Shown here: one piece after another, positions 38,667 to 49,527 of the stretch
How the letters are laid out: each line of letters starts with the position of its first letter
Numbering within the stretch: the first letter of the stretch is position 1
Source: a virus
Taxonomy: Duplodnaviria > Caudoviricetes
Length of the DNA stretch: 64,000 nucleotides
Direction: 5' to 3' (one strand)
Virus record (IMG/VR): IMGVR_UViG_2974506496_000001
Span: 160,001-224,000 of that record
The notes under the pieces: generated by a model
The model's database searches: none
What the model was told of the DNA's origin: nothing
Seen by the model: only the letters and a program-made list of their open reading frames with translations
Made by a program: the position numbers and the translations under genes

Positions 38667-40184
38667 ATGTTACCTACCCAAAACATTCAGTTCGAAGGCT
38701 ATGTTGAGAAAGCTGCTATCTGCCGTACACCAGCTTATCAGGACATGTACCGTCGACCGTACAGCATGAATATCAGTCAGGACACCGCATCCGTTATTGG
38801 TAACATGAGTGCCGGTGTGGATTATTCTCGTGAGCGTTTAGCGCCGATTGCCGCATCGGTCATTGCGCCACAGACTTACGTTGAATCGGTTTGTAACGTA
38901 CCAGAGGGCTGGGGTTCTGAGCGTTGTCTCTTCATTCTGAAGATCGTTCACGGTCGTCCGGGTGACCAGGGTCTGAACAAACGTGTGCAGTATCTGACCG
39001 GCTACACCAGTCACATGGGCATGATGCCAAGTCAGATGCGTGCGAATGATGTTGTTGTTGATGACAACATGCGTCTGTTCTTTAACACCAGTATGCTGTT
39101 TAACGAAACCAGCCATATCGATGGCTATGGTCGTAAGCTCGTCACCGCCATGCCGTTGATGGCAAGTCAGTTGGTAATGGGTCAGCACGGCGGGGTGCAT
39201 GGTCATAACGATCGTACGTTGCGTCCTGAAGATGTTTACTCAGCAATCAATGTTGGGCAACTGATTCAGCAGAACAACCAGTATGATCAAAGCCGTGGTA
39301 CCAATGGTCCGATTGGTCAGCTGTATGATGGTCGTACTGCTTTCCAACCTGGTCAGCCGTATAAGCTTTCTCAGCTGAATAACCTGGTGCCTTCAAACTA
39401 CCTCAGTAAAGTGCTGACCGGTGCAGCCACCGAACAGCTGACCTTAGGTGGTCAACGTGCAAACCCAGCGGATACCAGCAATCAGATCGCAACTGGCCTG
39501 AACGAAGGTTATCTGTCTAACGACCTGACCCTACAGCACATCCTGGATCGCACTGGTCTGCGTGAAAACTGCTCAATCACATTTGGTGAATTGCGTCGTA
39601 TTCTGCCGAACATTGATGCACCGGGTATTTTGACCAAAGCGGGTATGGAAGGTGTCGGTACTGGTCAGGTTGCCGGTGCAGTAGGTGGTGCTGGTTCTGA
39701 ACATCATCAGGGTTCGAACTATGAAACCGTGATTGCCAACATGCTGAACAATGTGACCACTGCACTGATGATGGATCTGATGATCGGCGAGATTCATTGT
39801 AATGGCGGTAACATGACCGTAGCCGATGTGGCGACTGGTACAATGAGCGGTCAGTTCCTGTTGAACACGCCGTACGCAACTTCCTTCGTGGACGGTCGTG
39901 ATGCGGTGGCGTTGTGTGAATCGTTTAAGCTGCGTCTGGTGCGTGAGTTCCTGTCAAGCTTTACCGGCCACAACCACGTGCCAATCGGTTTTGCAATCCA
40001 TGCAAGTCTGATGGCCGAAACGGTTATTGATGTCTCTTACAATAACCAACCGAAGATTCGCTTCGTGTTCCCGGTCTTTGCGAACGCGTCCTATACCCCG
40101 ATTATCACTGGCGATCAGAACACTCTGAACTCCATTGCCGTACACACACGTGAACTGGTCCAGCAGCTGACCAACGTCTTTTAA
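38667..40184 (+). CDS. picA: PicA/Imp1-like nuclear import protein (phiKZ gp69-like)
   Basis: 505 aa directly after the gp68-like gene; assignment mainly by synteny. Confidence 0.55.
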   Translation: MLPTQNIQFEGYVEKAAICRTPAYQDMYRRPYSMNISQDTASVIGNMSAGVDYSRERLAPIAASVIAPQTYVESVCNVPEGWGSERCLFILKIVHGRPGDQGLNKRVQYLTGYTSHMGMMPSQMRANDVVVDDNMRLFFNTSMLFNETSHIDGYGRKLVTAMPLMASQLVMGQHGGVHGHNDRTLRPEDVYSAINVGQLIQQNNQYDQSRGTNGPIGQLYDGRTAFQPGQPYKLSQLNNLVPSNYLSKVLTGAATEQLTLGGQRANPADTSNQIATGLNEGYLSNDLTLQHILDRTGLRENCSITFGELRRILPNIDAPGILTKAGMEGVGTGQVAGAVGGAGSEHHQGSNYETVIANMLNNVTTALMMDLMIGEIHCNGGNMTVADVATGTMSGQFLLNTPYATSFVDGRDAVALCESFKLRLVREFLSSFTGHNHVPIGFAIHASLMAETVIDVSYNNQPKIRFVFPVFANASYTPIITGDQNTLNSIAVHTRELVQQLTNVF

Positions 40185-40198
40185 GGAAAAGATAAACC

Positions 40199-41743
40199 AT
40201 GACAACTCCACTTATTAACTATTACACGGGCTTCCTGGAATCGACGGGCGCTGTGATTGATCAGTCCACCGGTGTGGTGAGCTATGAACGTTCCACCGGT
40301 TTAAAGCCGGTGTTAATCGATGGCAAAGAGCTGATCCTACCCATCCGTGCGTTTCAGGATAAGCCGGACTGGACGCGTTATGTACCATTCCATCCGCTGT
40401 CTGAATCGATTGCTCGTGGTGAATCGGAAGTGCTGCAGAAAGCCAAAGAGCTGATCAGTCTGAAGCTGTTCCTGAAATATGCGGAACTGTCTGAAGCGCT
40501 GCTGATGCTGGCAGTGAACTCTGAATCGCAGGCGAAGCTCACCCCTACCCAGATGAAGTTCCTGGAAGGGCTGGGTGATGCGGATGAGAAAACGGTTGAG
40601 AACTTCTCAAAGATCCTGGCGAAATCCAAAGCGACCTTTGAAGGTGGTGAGAACCGTTGTCTGGTGTCGTTGTTCCTGAAACGTGGCGGTACACTCAACG
40701 GGCAGAAGTTTGCCCGTCTGTGTGTTGTAGCGTTCCCGTACTACGAAGCGCTGTGTAAGATCGAAAACGAACCTGCGGATAAGCGCGTGGTGTTTGGTGT
40801 GCCATTGCGTGCCAAAGACATCAAAGTGCTGAAGCGTCTGCATGAAGTGATCGTACCGAACAGCGATGACGGGATCTACTCGATCGGGACTAACGTACAG
40901 ACTGCGCCGTACTGGGGTGCATTGATGATGACTTACGTCAACATCCTGAACCAGTTCAACAGCGTAATCAAACCGTTCTCGAAAGTGATCAAATCGCTGA
41001 AGGCGGTTGATACCTCGTGGGATGTGGGTGATGAGTTGCAACAGTTCCGTGCTGAGATTCCACCGATGCCGTATAATGAAGGTGCAGATTCCAGCAAACC
41101 AGCTGAAACAACCCAGCCTCTGCAGACCCAACAGCAGCCTGTTGCGACGCAGCCACAAACCATCCCACAGCCAACCGGTAATCTGGTACAGCAGCCAGCA
41201 ACCATCCAGCAGGCGCCGAGCTTTAACGGTAATCAGAACCAGTCCAGCACAGTCACCCATCCGCCAGCTCACAACGTTAAACCATCTAACGGTGGCGGTG
41301 TGAACTTCGCTGATGCGATGAACAAGTCGGGCATGGGGATGATGCCACAAATGCAGATGCCAGGGATGATGCCACAGATGTATCCTCAGCAGGGTTACCC
41401 ACAGCAGCAGATGCCAATGTATCCGCAACAGCAAATGTATCCTCAGATGCAGATGCAAATGCCGATGCAGCAGCTTCCAATGCCACCGGTCTCTCAGCCG
41501 CAGGGTCAGCAGCAATTCCCGCAGCAGATGTATTATCAAAATGGTCAGTTGCCAATGCCGCCGGTTAGCCAGCAGCAACAGCAAGGTTACCCACAGCAGG
41601 GCATGTATCCTCAGCAGCAGATGATGCAGCCTCAAATGTACCCGCAGATGCAAATGCCTGGCATGATGCCACAAATGCAGATGCCGGGTATGATGCAGCA
41701 GGGTTACCCGCAACAGCCACAGATGTTCCAGTTCGGGCGTTAA
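40199..41743 (+). CDS. conserved core protein (phiKZ gp70-like) with Q/M/P-rich low-complexity C-terminus
   Basis: FHPLSESIARGES; repeated PQMQMPGMM and YPQQ. Confidence 0.6.
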   Translation: MTTPLINYYTGFLESTGAVIDQSTGVVSYERSTGLKPVLIDGKELILPIRAFQDKPDWTRYVPFHPLSESIARGESEVLQKAKELISLKLFLKYAELSEALLMLAVNSESQAKLTPTQMKFLEGLGDADEKTVENFSKILAKSKATFEGGENRCLVSLFLKRGGTLNGQKFARLCVVAFPYYEALCKIENEPADKRVVFGVPLRAKDIKVLKRLHEVIVPNSDDGIYSIGTNVQTAPYWGALMMTYVNILNQFNSVIKPFSKVIKSLKAVDTSWDVGDELQQFRAEIPPMPYNEGADSSKPAETTQPLQTQQQPVATQPQTIPQPTGNLVQQPATIQQAPSFNGNQNQSSTVTHPPAHNVKPSNGGGVNFADAMNKSGMGMMPQMQMPGMMPQMYPQQGYPQQQMPMYPQQQMYPQMQMQMPMQQLPMPPVSQPQGQQQFPQQMYYQNGQLPMPPVSQQQQQGYPQQGMYPQQQMMQPQMYPQMQMPGMMPQMQMPGMMQQGYPQQPQMFQFGR

Positions 41744-41795
41744 TCTATAAATCTGATCGGCATAAGGAGAGGCTACGGCCTCTCCTCTTTCAGAG

Positions 41796-42131
41796 TCATT
41801 TTTTATTTGAGTTGTAGAGATCTCTAATAGATGACAGAAGTGAACTGTTTTCATCTATTAGAAGAATGTCCGTTGTAATGACATCCCATTTAAAGGGATT
41901 CATGATGTTGTTGATTCGCATAGTTAACCAATGCATGTGATAAGGAACGCCGTATTCCAGTAGTAGCATGCGAAAGTCACCACGTTCTTCGTACTGTTCA
42001 AGAGGGGTAGGGGGAGTAAACTTAGTTGCATTCGCCCGAAGCAAATCGAGATGATGCACCAGGACCTGACGAAAGCCGTGATCTTGAAACAGCTTATCGG
42101 TCGGGTGTTTGATTTCGTTGCTGACTCGCAT
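41796..42131 (-). CDS. small conserved protein
   Basis: Reverse ORF ending at a hairpin with the TTATGCC motif. Confidence 0.6.
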   Translation of the reverse strand: MRVSNEIKHPTDKLFQDHGFRQVLVHHLDLLRANATKFTPPTPLEQYEERGDFRMLLLEYGVPYHMHWLTMRINNIMNPFKWDVITTDILLIDENSSLLSSIRDLYNSNKK

Positions 42132-42201
42132 ATGCGTAAATACCTATACTTGTTTAAGCCTATATTATCTCTTGGCAGTTAGGTTGATAAAAGGAATCAT
42201 A

Positions 42202-44313
42202 ATGAGTCATATTACCGAGGCAAGTGAACTCTCTGCAGAGTTGTTAGGCAGTGTGTTATGTTTGAACCCAACCGTACATGGCGATAGCAGCCCACGTTCT
42301 GCTATGTTCGGAGGTCATGCAGGACAGGCCGTGACAATCGAGGGTAGCACGCCACGTATGTTAAAAACCGGGATCGAGTATGAGTACGGTCAACGGACCT
42401 TCAAGATTGAAGCGCCGTGTCAGATGCTCGTGATCGGTGTGATTAACCGTTTCGTCACCAACCACGTTGGTACTGGGGGTGTGAAAGAGAACCCTGAGAA
42501 ATATGTGATCTATCAGAACTTAAGTGTAAATACGCCTACACCGACGTTCGGCATTCTGTGTATTCCGACCTATCACACACGTAACCACGCATTAGGGTTT
42601 AAGTATGTGATGGACAAGAAAGCAATTAACCGTTTGTACAGTGTTGATGGTAAGGCGTATATCGAAAAGGGTGTGATCTTTGCCCGTTCCCCTAACTTAA
42701 CCGAAGGTGGCGATTATAAGTACGGTCGTGAAACCAACGTAGCATTTATGTCATTACCGGAAGTCGAACAGGACGGAATGGTGGTAACAGAAAGCTTCGC
42801 ACAAGCCATGGCCTGTACCAAGATCGAAAGCCGTATCGCACAGTGGGGCGATGATCAGGTGTTGTTGAACCTGTATGGCGACGATGAGAACTACAAAGCG
42901 TTTCCGGATATCGGCGATAAGATTCGTGAAGATGGGATGTTGTTTGCGGTACGTAAGATCATGCCAGGTACTGGCATTGTCAATCTGACCCCAAAAGCCC
43001 TTCGTACTTACGATCCGAACTTCGACTATCCGCAGTATGCTGAAGCCGGTGCCACGGTGGTGAACGTCCAGGTGAACTCGGACCGCATGCGTACAGGACG
43101 TACCGATGTGCAGTTCTATGATAAACAAGCTGAACGGTATGAACGTGCAGCGCGTGAGTTCTCCAAGTCTCTGCGTAAGATCTACGACGACCTCTATCGT
43201 ACGTATGGTCATGGCATGATTCTGGAACCTGAACTCAACCGGATGGTGACGGATGCCATCTCGGATACCGGCGGTATGGATCGCAAGATGAATAATCAAG
43301 GACAGATTATCAGCGTGGACAAAGGCACACAGGTCTATAACAAAGTCCCGATTGGTGACTGGCGTGTGAAGATCACCTTTGTTAAACGGATTGAAGCCGG
43401 CGTGCGCTTTAAGATCACCGATACCCATGGCGGTAAAGGTGTTATCGTAAACGTGATTCCTGACGCCGATGCGCCGACCGATGATTACGGTAACCGGGCG
43501 GATGTGATCATGGATGATGTGTCGATTACCAAACGTATGAACCTGGGCAAGCCAACCGAGCAGTATATCAACGGTGCATCAGTATATGCAGCGAAGATTG
43601 CGCGCCAGATGGCAGCCAGCGGGGATCTGGATGGTGCCTGGAATCACCTCATGAGTTATTACCATGCAGCTGCGTATGAGCAATGGGAAATGATGCAATC
43701 ACCAACGTACCTGGATAACAAACCGAATCGCGATCATCATGTGCGTTGGGTGTGTGATCATGGTATTGAGTTGTTTGCACCAACTGACCGTCGCTACTTC
43801 GGGGCCGAGCAGGTACGGCGTATCATGAAGGAGCATGACTTCCCGGTTACACCCGTGACGTATCGTGCACCCGATGGGCGTATGGTCCGTACGCGTGATC
43901 CGGTGGTGATTGCGCCGATCTATATCATCCTGCTGGAAAAGATGGGCGAATACTGGGCGTCGTGTGCGATTCCAAAACTCACACACTTCGGTACACTCTC
44001 ATCCTTAACACAGGCGGATAAGTTTGCGTTGCCGTGGCGTAACACCCCAACCCGTTTCGGTGAGTCTGAGTTGCGTCTGTTCTTAGCAGCGTGTCGTGGC
44101 TATTATGCGAACCGCCTGCAAAGCATGGCGAACACTCCGGCGATGCAGAAGGAAGCTGCATTGATGTTCTTGCGTCACGATACACCAATGAACATCCCGA
44201 ACGTGATTGATGAAACGAAGACACCACTGGGGCGTGCACGTCCATTGCAGATGTATAAGCATAACCAGGGCTGTCGTGGTATTGAGTTTGAAACAACCGT
44301 GTTAAATAAATAA
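42202..44313 (+). CDS. non-virion RNAP beta C-terminal subunit (phiKZ gp71-73-like)
   Basis: SSPRSAM, KITDTHGGKGVI, KRMNLG, RFGESE; AAGGA RBS before ATG 42202. Confidence 0.9.
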   Translation: MSHITEASELSAELLGSVLCLNPTVHGDSSPRSAMFGGHAGQAVTIEGSTPRMLKTGIEYEYGQRTFKIEAPCQMLVIGVINRFVTNHVGTGGVKENPEKYVIYQNLSVNTPTPTFGILCIPTYHTRNHALGFKYVMDKKAINRLYSVDGKAYIEKGVIFARSPNLTEGGDYKYGRETNVAFMSLPEVEQDGMVVTESFAQAMACTKIESRIAQWGDDQVLLNLYGDDENYKAFPDIGDKIREDGMLFAVRKIMPGTGIVNLTPKALRTYDPNFDYPQYAEAGATVVNVQVNSDRMRTGRTDVQFYDKQAERYERAAREFSKSLRKIYDDLYRTYGHGMILEPELNRMVTDAISDTGGMDRKMNNQGQIISVDKGTQVYNKVPIGDWRVKITFVKRIEAGVRFKITDTHGGKGVIVNVIPDADAPTDDYGNRADVIMDDVSITKRMNLGKPTEQYINGASVYAAKIARQMAASGDLDGAWNHLMSYYHAAAYEQWEMMQSPTYLDNKPNRDHHVRWVCDHGIELFAPTDRRYFGAEQVRRIMKEHDFPVTPVTYRAPDGRMVRTRDPVVIAPIYIILLEKMGEYWASCAIPKLTHFGTLSSLTQADKFALPWRNTPTRFGESELRLFLAACRGYYANRLQSMANTPAMQKEAALMFLRHDTPMNIPNVIDETKTPLGRARPLQMYKHNQGCRGIEFETTVLNK

Positions 44314-44320
44314 GGGGTGT

Positions 44321-46291
44321 GTGATGCAAAGCTATCATTGGCGTGATCTGTTGTCGATGTCTGAGGAGCAGATTTGGCAACTTGATCCTGCAATCAACAA
44401 CCCAATCATTGAAGTGGTGGCAGAGGATGCCACCTTCAAGATTCCTGCCCGACAGGTTATCGGTAGCTGGTATTGCTGGCCGTTTCAAAAGCTCTATCGC
44501 AACATGGTGTTGTGTAAGCGTCATTTCATCACAGCGTTTCGTCTGTCGAACAAAACCATCCTGGGGATCATGACCAACGGTTATCGTGATTATGATGCGA
44601 TGATGAACGGCACTATCTTAGATGTCGTGGCATTAAACAGCTTGATTGCGAAAACGGCGAACCGCATTAACAATGCGTTTGTCACCAAGATCCCAGAGTA
44701 TGTCACGACCTCGGGCATGAAGCAGTATATTGAAATCGTGGATGACCCTGAGTTTAAAGCGATTCGTGATGCAATGGAACCTAACCAGAACTCGATTCGT
44801 GATGGTTATGATGCGTCACTCAAACTGCTGATGGACCCGAAGAAGTATGTCGGTAATCAGGTGGCGGAGTATGTGAAGCAAGGATCAGCATCAGCAGGCC
44901 AGGCATTACAATGTCTGGTGGTGCGTGGTTATCTGACTGACCATAACTCGCGTATCTTTGTTAAGCCGGTCATGGGTAACTATGTCGAAGGGCTGGGTAA
45001 GTTCTACGACTCGTTCGTGGAATCACGCTCAGCAACCAAAGCGGCGTTGTTTACCAAGAAACCCCTGGAAGACTCCGAATGGTTTAACCGTAAAATGCAG
45101 CTGGTTGCACAAGCGGTGCAGAAGATCCATCTGGGGGAGGATTGTGGGTCGACGATAACAGTGCCTATTGTTATGCGTCGTGGCTGGGCAAGTGCGATGG
45201 CCGGTACGTATTATCTGGATGATGATGGATCGTACAAAATGATCACGGAAGAGGACAAGCATCTGGAGAACCGGTTACTCAATATCCGCTCTCCGATGTA
45301 TTGTAATCATCCTGACCGTACCGGTATCTGTGAGCGGTGTTATGGGAAGTTAGCGGTATCCATTCCGTACTTCAATGTCGAAGGGAAAGTTGGGGATAAC
45401 CAGGTGATCGTGGGGCACGTCAGTGCAACGGAAATCGGTGAGGATCTCTCACAGAAGATGCTGTCAACCAAACACCTGGATACGTCCTCGACGGTAGATC
45501 CGTTTGCTATTCGTCGTGCCGATGCGTTGTATGTGAAACCAGGCTTGCGTGAAAACGCCATTCGCCTGAATCCACGTCTGCGTAATGAAAAGGTCACGAT
45601 GAAGGTATCTTTCGACAAAACTACCGCATTATCTGATATCGCAGTTGCCGAAAACTTAGATGAAGTAGCAACGCGTGTTTCCGGTTTCAATGAGATCGTG
45701 CTGGAGTTTGAGCGTGAAGATGGGGGTAAAGAGTCTATCCCAATCAACACCACCCAGGGTTCTCGTCAGGGTCAATTCACTGTCGACTTCCTGCGTTACT
45801 TGCAGCGCGTAAGCTGGACGAGTGCGGACAAAGATTATATCTCTATCCGTCTGGATCAATTTGAATATGATTGCGATGTGGTTGAATTGCCGTTAGTGCA
45901 TGAAGACATGATGGCGTATCAGAAACAGATTGAATCCTACATCCGTTTCAGTAAGGAATCAGCGAATTGGAAAAACAAGTTTGTCACGCCGGATGAAGTG
46001 GGTGTGGTACTGGATGAGTTCTTCTCGTTACTGCGTCAGCGTTTGGGTGTGAACATTGTTCATGCACAGATCATGCTGTATTCAGTGATGACCATGGACC
46101 CAGCCAAAGGCGACTATCGTCTTCCGCGGGCGTATGAACCACGGCAGTTCTCTTCCTATCACGAATGTATCGAGTACCGTTCTCTCTCGGTCCAGCTCGT
46201 GTATCAGGAACAGGCTGCGGTGATGCTGAAGCCGTCCACTTTCCTCAATGACAAACGACAACCGCACCCGATGGATGAAATCTTCAAATAA
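44321..46291 (+). CDS. non-virion RNAP beta-prime C-terminal subunit (phiKZ gp74-like)
   Basis: EDCGS, RSPMYC...ICERCYG Zn site, SQKMLSTKH. Confidence 0.85.
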   Translation: MMQSYHWRDLLSMSEEQIWQLDPAINNPIIEVVAEDATFKIPARQVIGSWYCWPFQKLYRNMVLCKRHFITAFRLSNKTILGIMTNGYRDYDAMMNGTILDVVALNSLIAKTANRINNAFVTKIPEYVTTSGMKQYIEIVDDPEFKAIRDAMEPNQNSIRDGYDASLKLLMDPKKYVGNQVAEYVKQGSASAGQALQCLVVRGYLTDHNSRIFVKPVMGNYVEGLGKFYDSFVESRSATKAALFTKKPLEDSEWFNRKMQLVAQAVQKIHLGEDCGSTITVPIVMRRGWASAMAGTYYLDDDGSYKMITEEDKHLENRLLNIRSPMYCNHPDRTGICERCYGKLAVSIPYFNVEGKVGDNQVIVGHVSATEIGEDLSQKMLSTKHLDTSSTVDPFAIRRADALYVKPGLRENAIRLNPRLRNEKVTMKVSFDKTTALSDIAVAENLDEVATRVSGFNEIVLEFEREDGGKESIPINTTQGSRQGQFTVDFLRYLQRVSWTSADKDYISIRLDQFEYDCDVVELPLVHEDMMAYQKQIESYIRFSKESANWKNKFVTPDEVGVVLDEFFSLLRQRLGVNIVHAQIMLYSVMTMDPAKGDYRLPRAYEPRQFSSYHECIEYRSLSVQLVYQEQAAVMLKPSTFLNDKRQPHPMDEIFK

Positions 46292-46299
46292 GTAAGAGG

Positions 46300-47853
46300 T
46301 TGGCGATGCGCAATACTGCGACAATCACTATCAATAGTCACGGCTTTACAGTCTCTGATTATAATAGTGAGTTCTACGAGAAGTTGAAGTTGTATTGCGC
46401 TCGTTTTGTCAAAACAAAAATGGTCTCTAAGGTCGTCCATGGACGGAGGATCTTGGCTAAAGAAAATGACCGTGTTTTTGCGAGCGCTCTAAGCAACCGT
46501 CGAGAGATCCGCTTTCACATCAACTGCTATGAAGAGTTCAAACGTCATATGCAGCAGTGGGGATATAATGTCTCCCGCTTTAAGGAAGTGCGAACACCAA
46601 TTCCAGAAGGCAAAGATGCTAACTTCGAATTCAAGTTCGAAGGTGTGCAGCCCCGTGAGCATCAAGTGGAATGGTTGGAGTACCAGTTAAATAAAGACCA
46701 GGGTGAAGTCACCACAAAGATCAATACCTTGCAAACCGGTAAGGGGAAGAGCTTCTGTGGTATTTACAACATGGTCAAGCTGGGAAAAGTAACGGTCATT
46801 GTCATCATGCCAAAATACATTAATACGTGGATTGTGGCGCTGAATGACTTTGTCAAGTTAGGTGAGAATGACATCATGGTGGTGCAAGGCTCAGGTGAAC
46901 TCAACGGCTGCATGAAGTTGGCTGAAGAAGGTAAACTTGAATCCCGCATCATTATTATCAGTCTCCCCACCTTCCAATATTACATGTCGGAGTATGAAGA
47001 TAACAACGGCGTGATGACGCATTACAACTACACACCTGATCAATTCTGGGCAATGATCCAACCCGGGTTCCTCATTGTCGATGAAGGCCATGAGTCAATC
47101 CACGCGCTGTTCAAGTTCGACCTTTACACCCATGTCAAAAATAAACTGGTACTCTCGGCCACCCTTGAGGCGGATGACCAGTTTATTAACGACATGTACT
47201 TTGTCATCTACCCGAATAAAATCAGGTTCCGTGGTGGCGAGTATGATAAGTACATCGAAGCGATTGCCTTGATGTATGGACTGGTGAGTAATAAGAAGGT
47301 CAAGACCAAAGGCTTCGGCGGGACGTATAACCACGTCAAGTTTGAGCAAAGCATCATGAAAGACAAGCAGCTGTTGAAGACGTACCTTACGCTCATCAAC
47401 AAGGTGTTCTCCTTCTTCTTTATTAAAGTGAAGGAACCTGAACAACGCTGTCTCATTTATTGTGCCACGGTCGAGATGTGTTTGTACGTGACGGATTATC
47501 TGAGCACTATCCATGATACCCTGATCGTGCGTAAGTATACCCAGGAAGACCCGAAAGAATCGTTGTATGAATCTGACGTGAGTGTTTCGACACTGAAGTC
47601 AGCCGGTACCGGTGTGGATATCCCAGGACTCCGCACTTGCATCATGACGATCGCGATTGGGTCACGGCAAGCCAGTGATCAGGCATTGGGGCGACTGCGG
47701 CGGTTGAAAGACTACCCGGACACTATCCCGACGTTTGTTTACTTCGCCTGCACGGGTATCGAAGCACACATGAAATACCACAGCAAGAAACTCGAACTCT
47801 TCCCAGTGAAGACGTTGAGTCTGCGTGAGGTGAACAGCGGCTTCTCGTTATAA
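46300..47853 (+). CDS. superfamily 2 DExH helicase
   Basis: QTGKGKS, DEGH, SAT, GTGVDIPGL, QALGRLRR. Confidence 0.9.
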   Translation: MAMRNTATITINSHGFTVSDYNSEFYEKLKLYCARFVKTKMVSKVVHGRRILAKENDRVFASALSNRREIRFHINCYEEFKRHMQQWGYNVSRFKEVRTPIPEGKDANFEFKFEGVQPREHQVEWLEYQLNKDQGEVTTKINTLQTGKGKSFCGIYNMVKLGKVTVIVIMPKYINTWIVALNDFVKLGENDIMVVQGSGELNGCMKLAEEGKLESRIIIISLPTFQYYMSEYEDNNGVMTHYNYTPDQFWAMIQPGFLIVDEGHESIHALFKFDLYTHVKNKLVLSATLEADDQFINDMYFVIYPNKIRFRGGEYDKYIEAIALMYGLVSNKKVKTKGFGGTYNHVKFEQSIMKDKQLLKTYLTLINKVFSFFFIKVKEPEQRCLIYCATVEMCLYVTDYLSTIHDTLIVRKYTQEDPKESLYESDVSVSTLKSAGTGVDIPGLRTCIMTIAIGSRQASDQALGRLRRLKDYPDTIPTFVYFACTGIEAHMKYHSKKLELFPVKTLSLREVNSGFSL

Positions 47854-47937
47854 ACTGACTGTGTAAAAGACCAGGGGGCTTACTCCTTGGTCTTTTATGC
47901 TTTCTTTCCTTTTCTTTTTGTTAAGGATACACAGCTT

Positions 47938-48264
47938 ATGAATGGTAACCGACCAGTAATGGTGATTGGCGGCATGGGGTTGAGTCCTGCATTGATTGAG
48001 CGCTTACGGCAGTTAGACGACCTGGAGATCAAGTTGGTGGCCGATGTGGCAATCAGCGATATCCTGGAGTTTGAACCGGGTTATGCTCGCGGCTTGGTTC
48101 AGGCGATTCAGCATCAGCAACAACGTGAGTGGAATCCCTTCCGGGAAAGCTACTGGGATAACTTCATTACCCTGCGACGTAAAGAAGTCAACGGACATAC
48201 CCGCATTCCTCCCAAGAAAGCCACCTGCAGCTCCCGTCGTAAGGGACGGAGGTTCAAGGGATGA
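47938..48264 (+). CDS. hypothetical protein with basic tail
   Basis: AAGGA RBS before ATG 47938. Confidence 0.6.
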   Translation: MNGNRPVMVIGGMGLSPALIERLRQLDDLEIKLVADVAISDILEFEPGYARGLVQAIQHQQQREWNPFRESYWDNFITLRRKEVNGHTRIPPKKATCSSRRKGRRFKG

Positions 48265-48584
48265 GCGAGATCGATTATCGTGCATTGAAGTATTGTGTCA
48301 CCAAGGTTAGTCGGCGTATCCGCGACGGGGATTCCCGTAACGCGTCACGTTGCCTCTTCCAGTATGTTGAGACGCACGCCGCATTACAAGACATGGCCGC
48401 CATTGATCGTCTTTTAGCACAGTGCCGAGAAAATAAGGTACCCCTAAAAGAGATCAACAAAGTCTCGTTACTGCGTGCATGCTCATGTTTACGCCCCCAC
48501 CTTACAGAGTATCAGTCGTGTATGGACCTGTGGCGCCAGGACATTAAAGCGGCGGGTATGGAAAACTTATTAATAGGATTGTGA
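48261..48584 (+). CDS. hypothetical protein
   Basis: ATGA overlap. Confidence 0.6.
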   Translation: MSEIDYRALKYCVTKVSRRIRDGDSRNASRCLFQYVETHAALQDMAAIDRLLAQCRENKVPLKEINKVSLLRACSCLRPHLTEYQSCMDLWRQDIKAAGMENLLIGL

Positions 48585-48585
48585 T

Positions 48586-48948
48586 ATGTCTGATTATTGT
48601 GCGGATATCTTTAAAGCGATCAGTTGCAAAACCCCCACCAAAGGCAGTGAACTCTACATCGATGATTTCGGTGATCTGTGGATGTTGATTCCCAAGCTTA
48701 ACCGCTTCGGTGAGCAGTCAGTGTTTCGTCAGTATGCCGGTAACCTTGCGTTGATGGCTGACCGCGGGCAGATGTATCAGGGTCAGTTATATGTGTGTGA
48801 GTTGATCCCGGGATATCACTTGGTGTTAACCAACCAAGCCGTGATGGTCAACCAATACAGCCTGGTGCAGTATGTGAAGACCCGTGCTGCGAAAGTGGAA
48901 GCGCGCTACCGTAAGAAACCCAAGCCGATGAGCCGAGCTTACGCGTAA
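48586..48948 (+). CDS. hypothetical protein
   Basis: AGGA RBS, operonic. Confidence 0.6.
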   Translation: MSDYCADIFKAISCKTPTKGSELYIDDFGDLWMLIPKLNRFGEQSVFRQYAGNLALMADRGQMYQGQLYVCELIPGYHLVLTNQAVMVNQYSLVQYVKTRAAKVEARYRKKPKPMSRAYA

Positions 48949-48978
48949 GCAACCTGACTGACAAGAAAGGATAGACCT

Positions 48979-49488
48979 ATGTTCGAATGGTTCTCTGTGT
49001 TATTGATGAAGTGGTTGACCCGAAAGGAAAAGAAACACAACAGGACAGTGCGGGTAGAACCGGTGGTGTTTGAACCGCAACTCAAACCCACCCCGCAGCC
49101 GTTGAGTAACGCGTTAAAAGAAGAAGCGCAGCAGATTCGGGACACCCTGCTGTTTGAGTCGCCGTTGAATAAATCCCGACCGATCCCGACCAAACCCACC
49201 TTACGGGTAGTAAGACCCAGTACAAGCTCCTCACGCCCACACGGTAAGGCGAACGATGACAGCATGCTAACACATGCCTTATTGATGCAGCAGGTGTTAG
49301 CAGACGATACAGCGCCGTCTGATCGTCATCATCGTACCCATGCCCCTCAGGATAACCACCGCCATGAAGACCGACCCTCGTACCATTCCACGCCCACTCA
49401 TCATAGCAGTTCTAGTAGTAGTCGCGATGATGATAACGGGAGTAATGATTACAGTAGCGGACCTAGTGACAGCGGTTCGTCTGATTAA
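48979..49488 (+). CDS. hypothetical protein with His/Ser/Asp low-complexity tail
   Basis: AAGGA RBS; HHSSSSSSRDDD. Confidence 0.6.
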   Translation: MFEWFSVLLMKWLTRKEKKHNRTVRVEPVVFEPQLKPTPQPLSNALKEEAQQIRDTLLFESPLNKSRPIPTKPTLRVVRPSTSSSRPHGKANDDSMLTHALLMQQVLADDTAPSDRHHRTHAPQDNHRHEDRPSYHSTPTHHSSSSSSRDDDNGSNDYSSGPSDSGSSD

Positions 49489-49527
49489 TACCCTCGATTA
49501 ACCTTACGTAATAAGGAACGCCTCACC

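Noticed and set aside
40607-41854. 415-aa minus-strand His/Leu-rich ORF
   Set aside because: Antisense shadow of the Gln/Met repeat region of the plus-strand gene.
18191-47853. Introns, inteins or stop-codon recoding in polymerase genes
   Set aside because: Core ORFs are continuous in the standard code, of expected size, and show no intein-type motifs.
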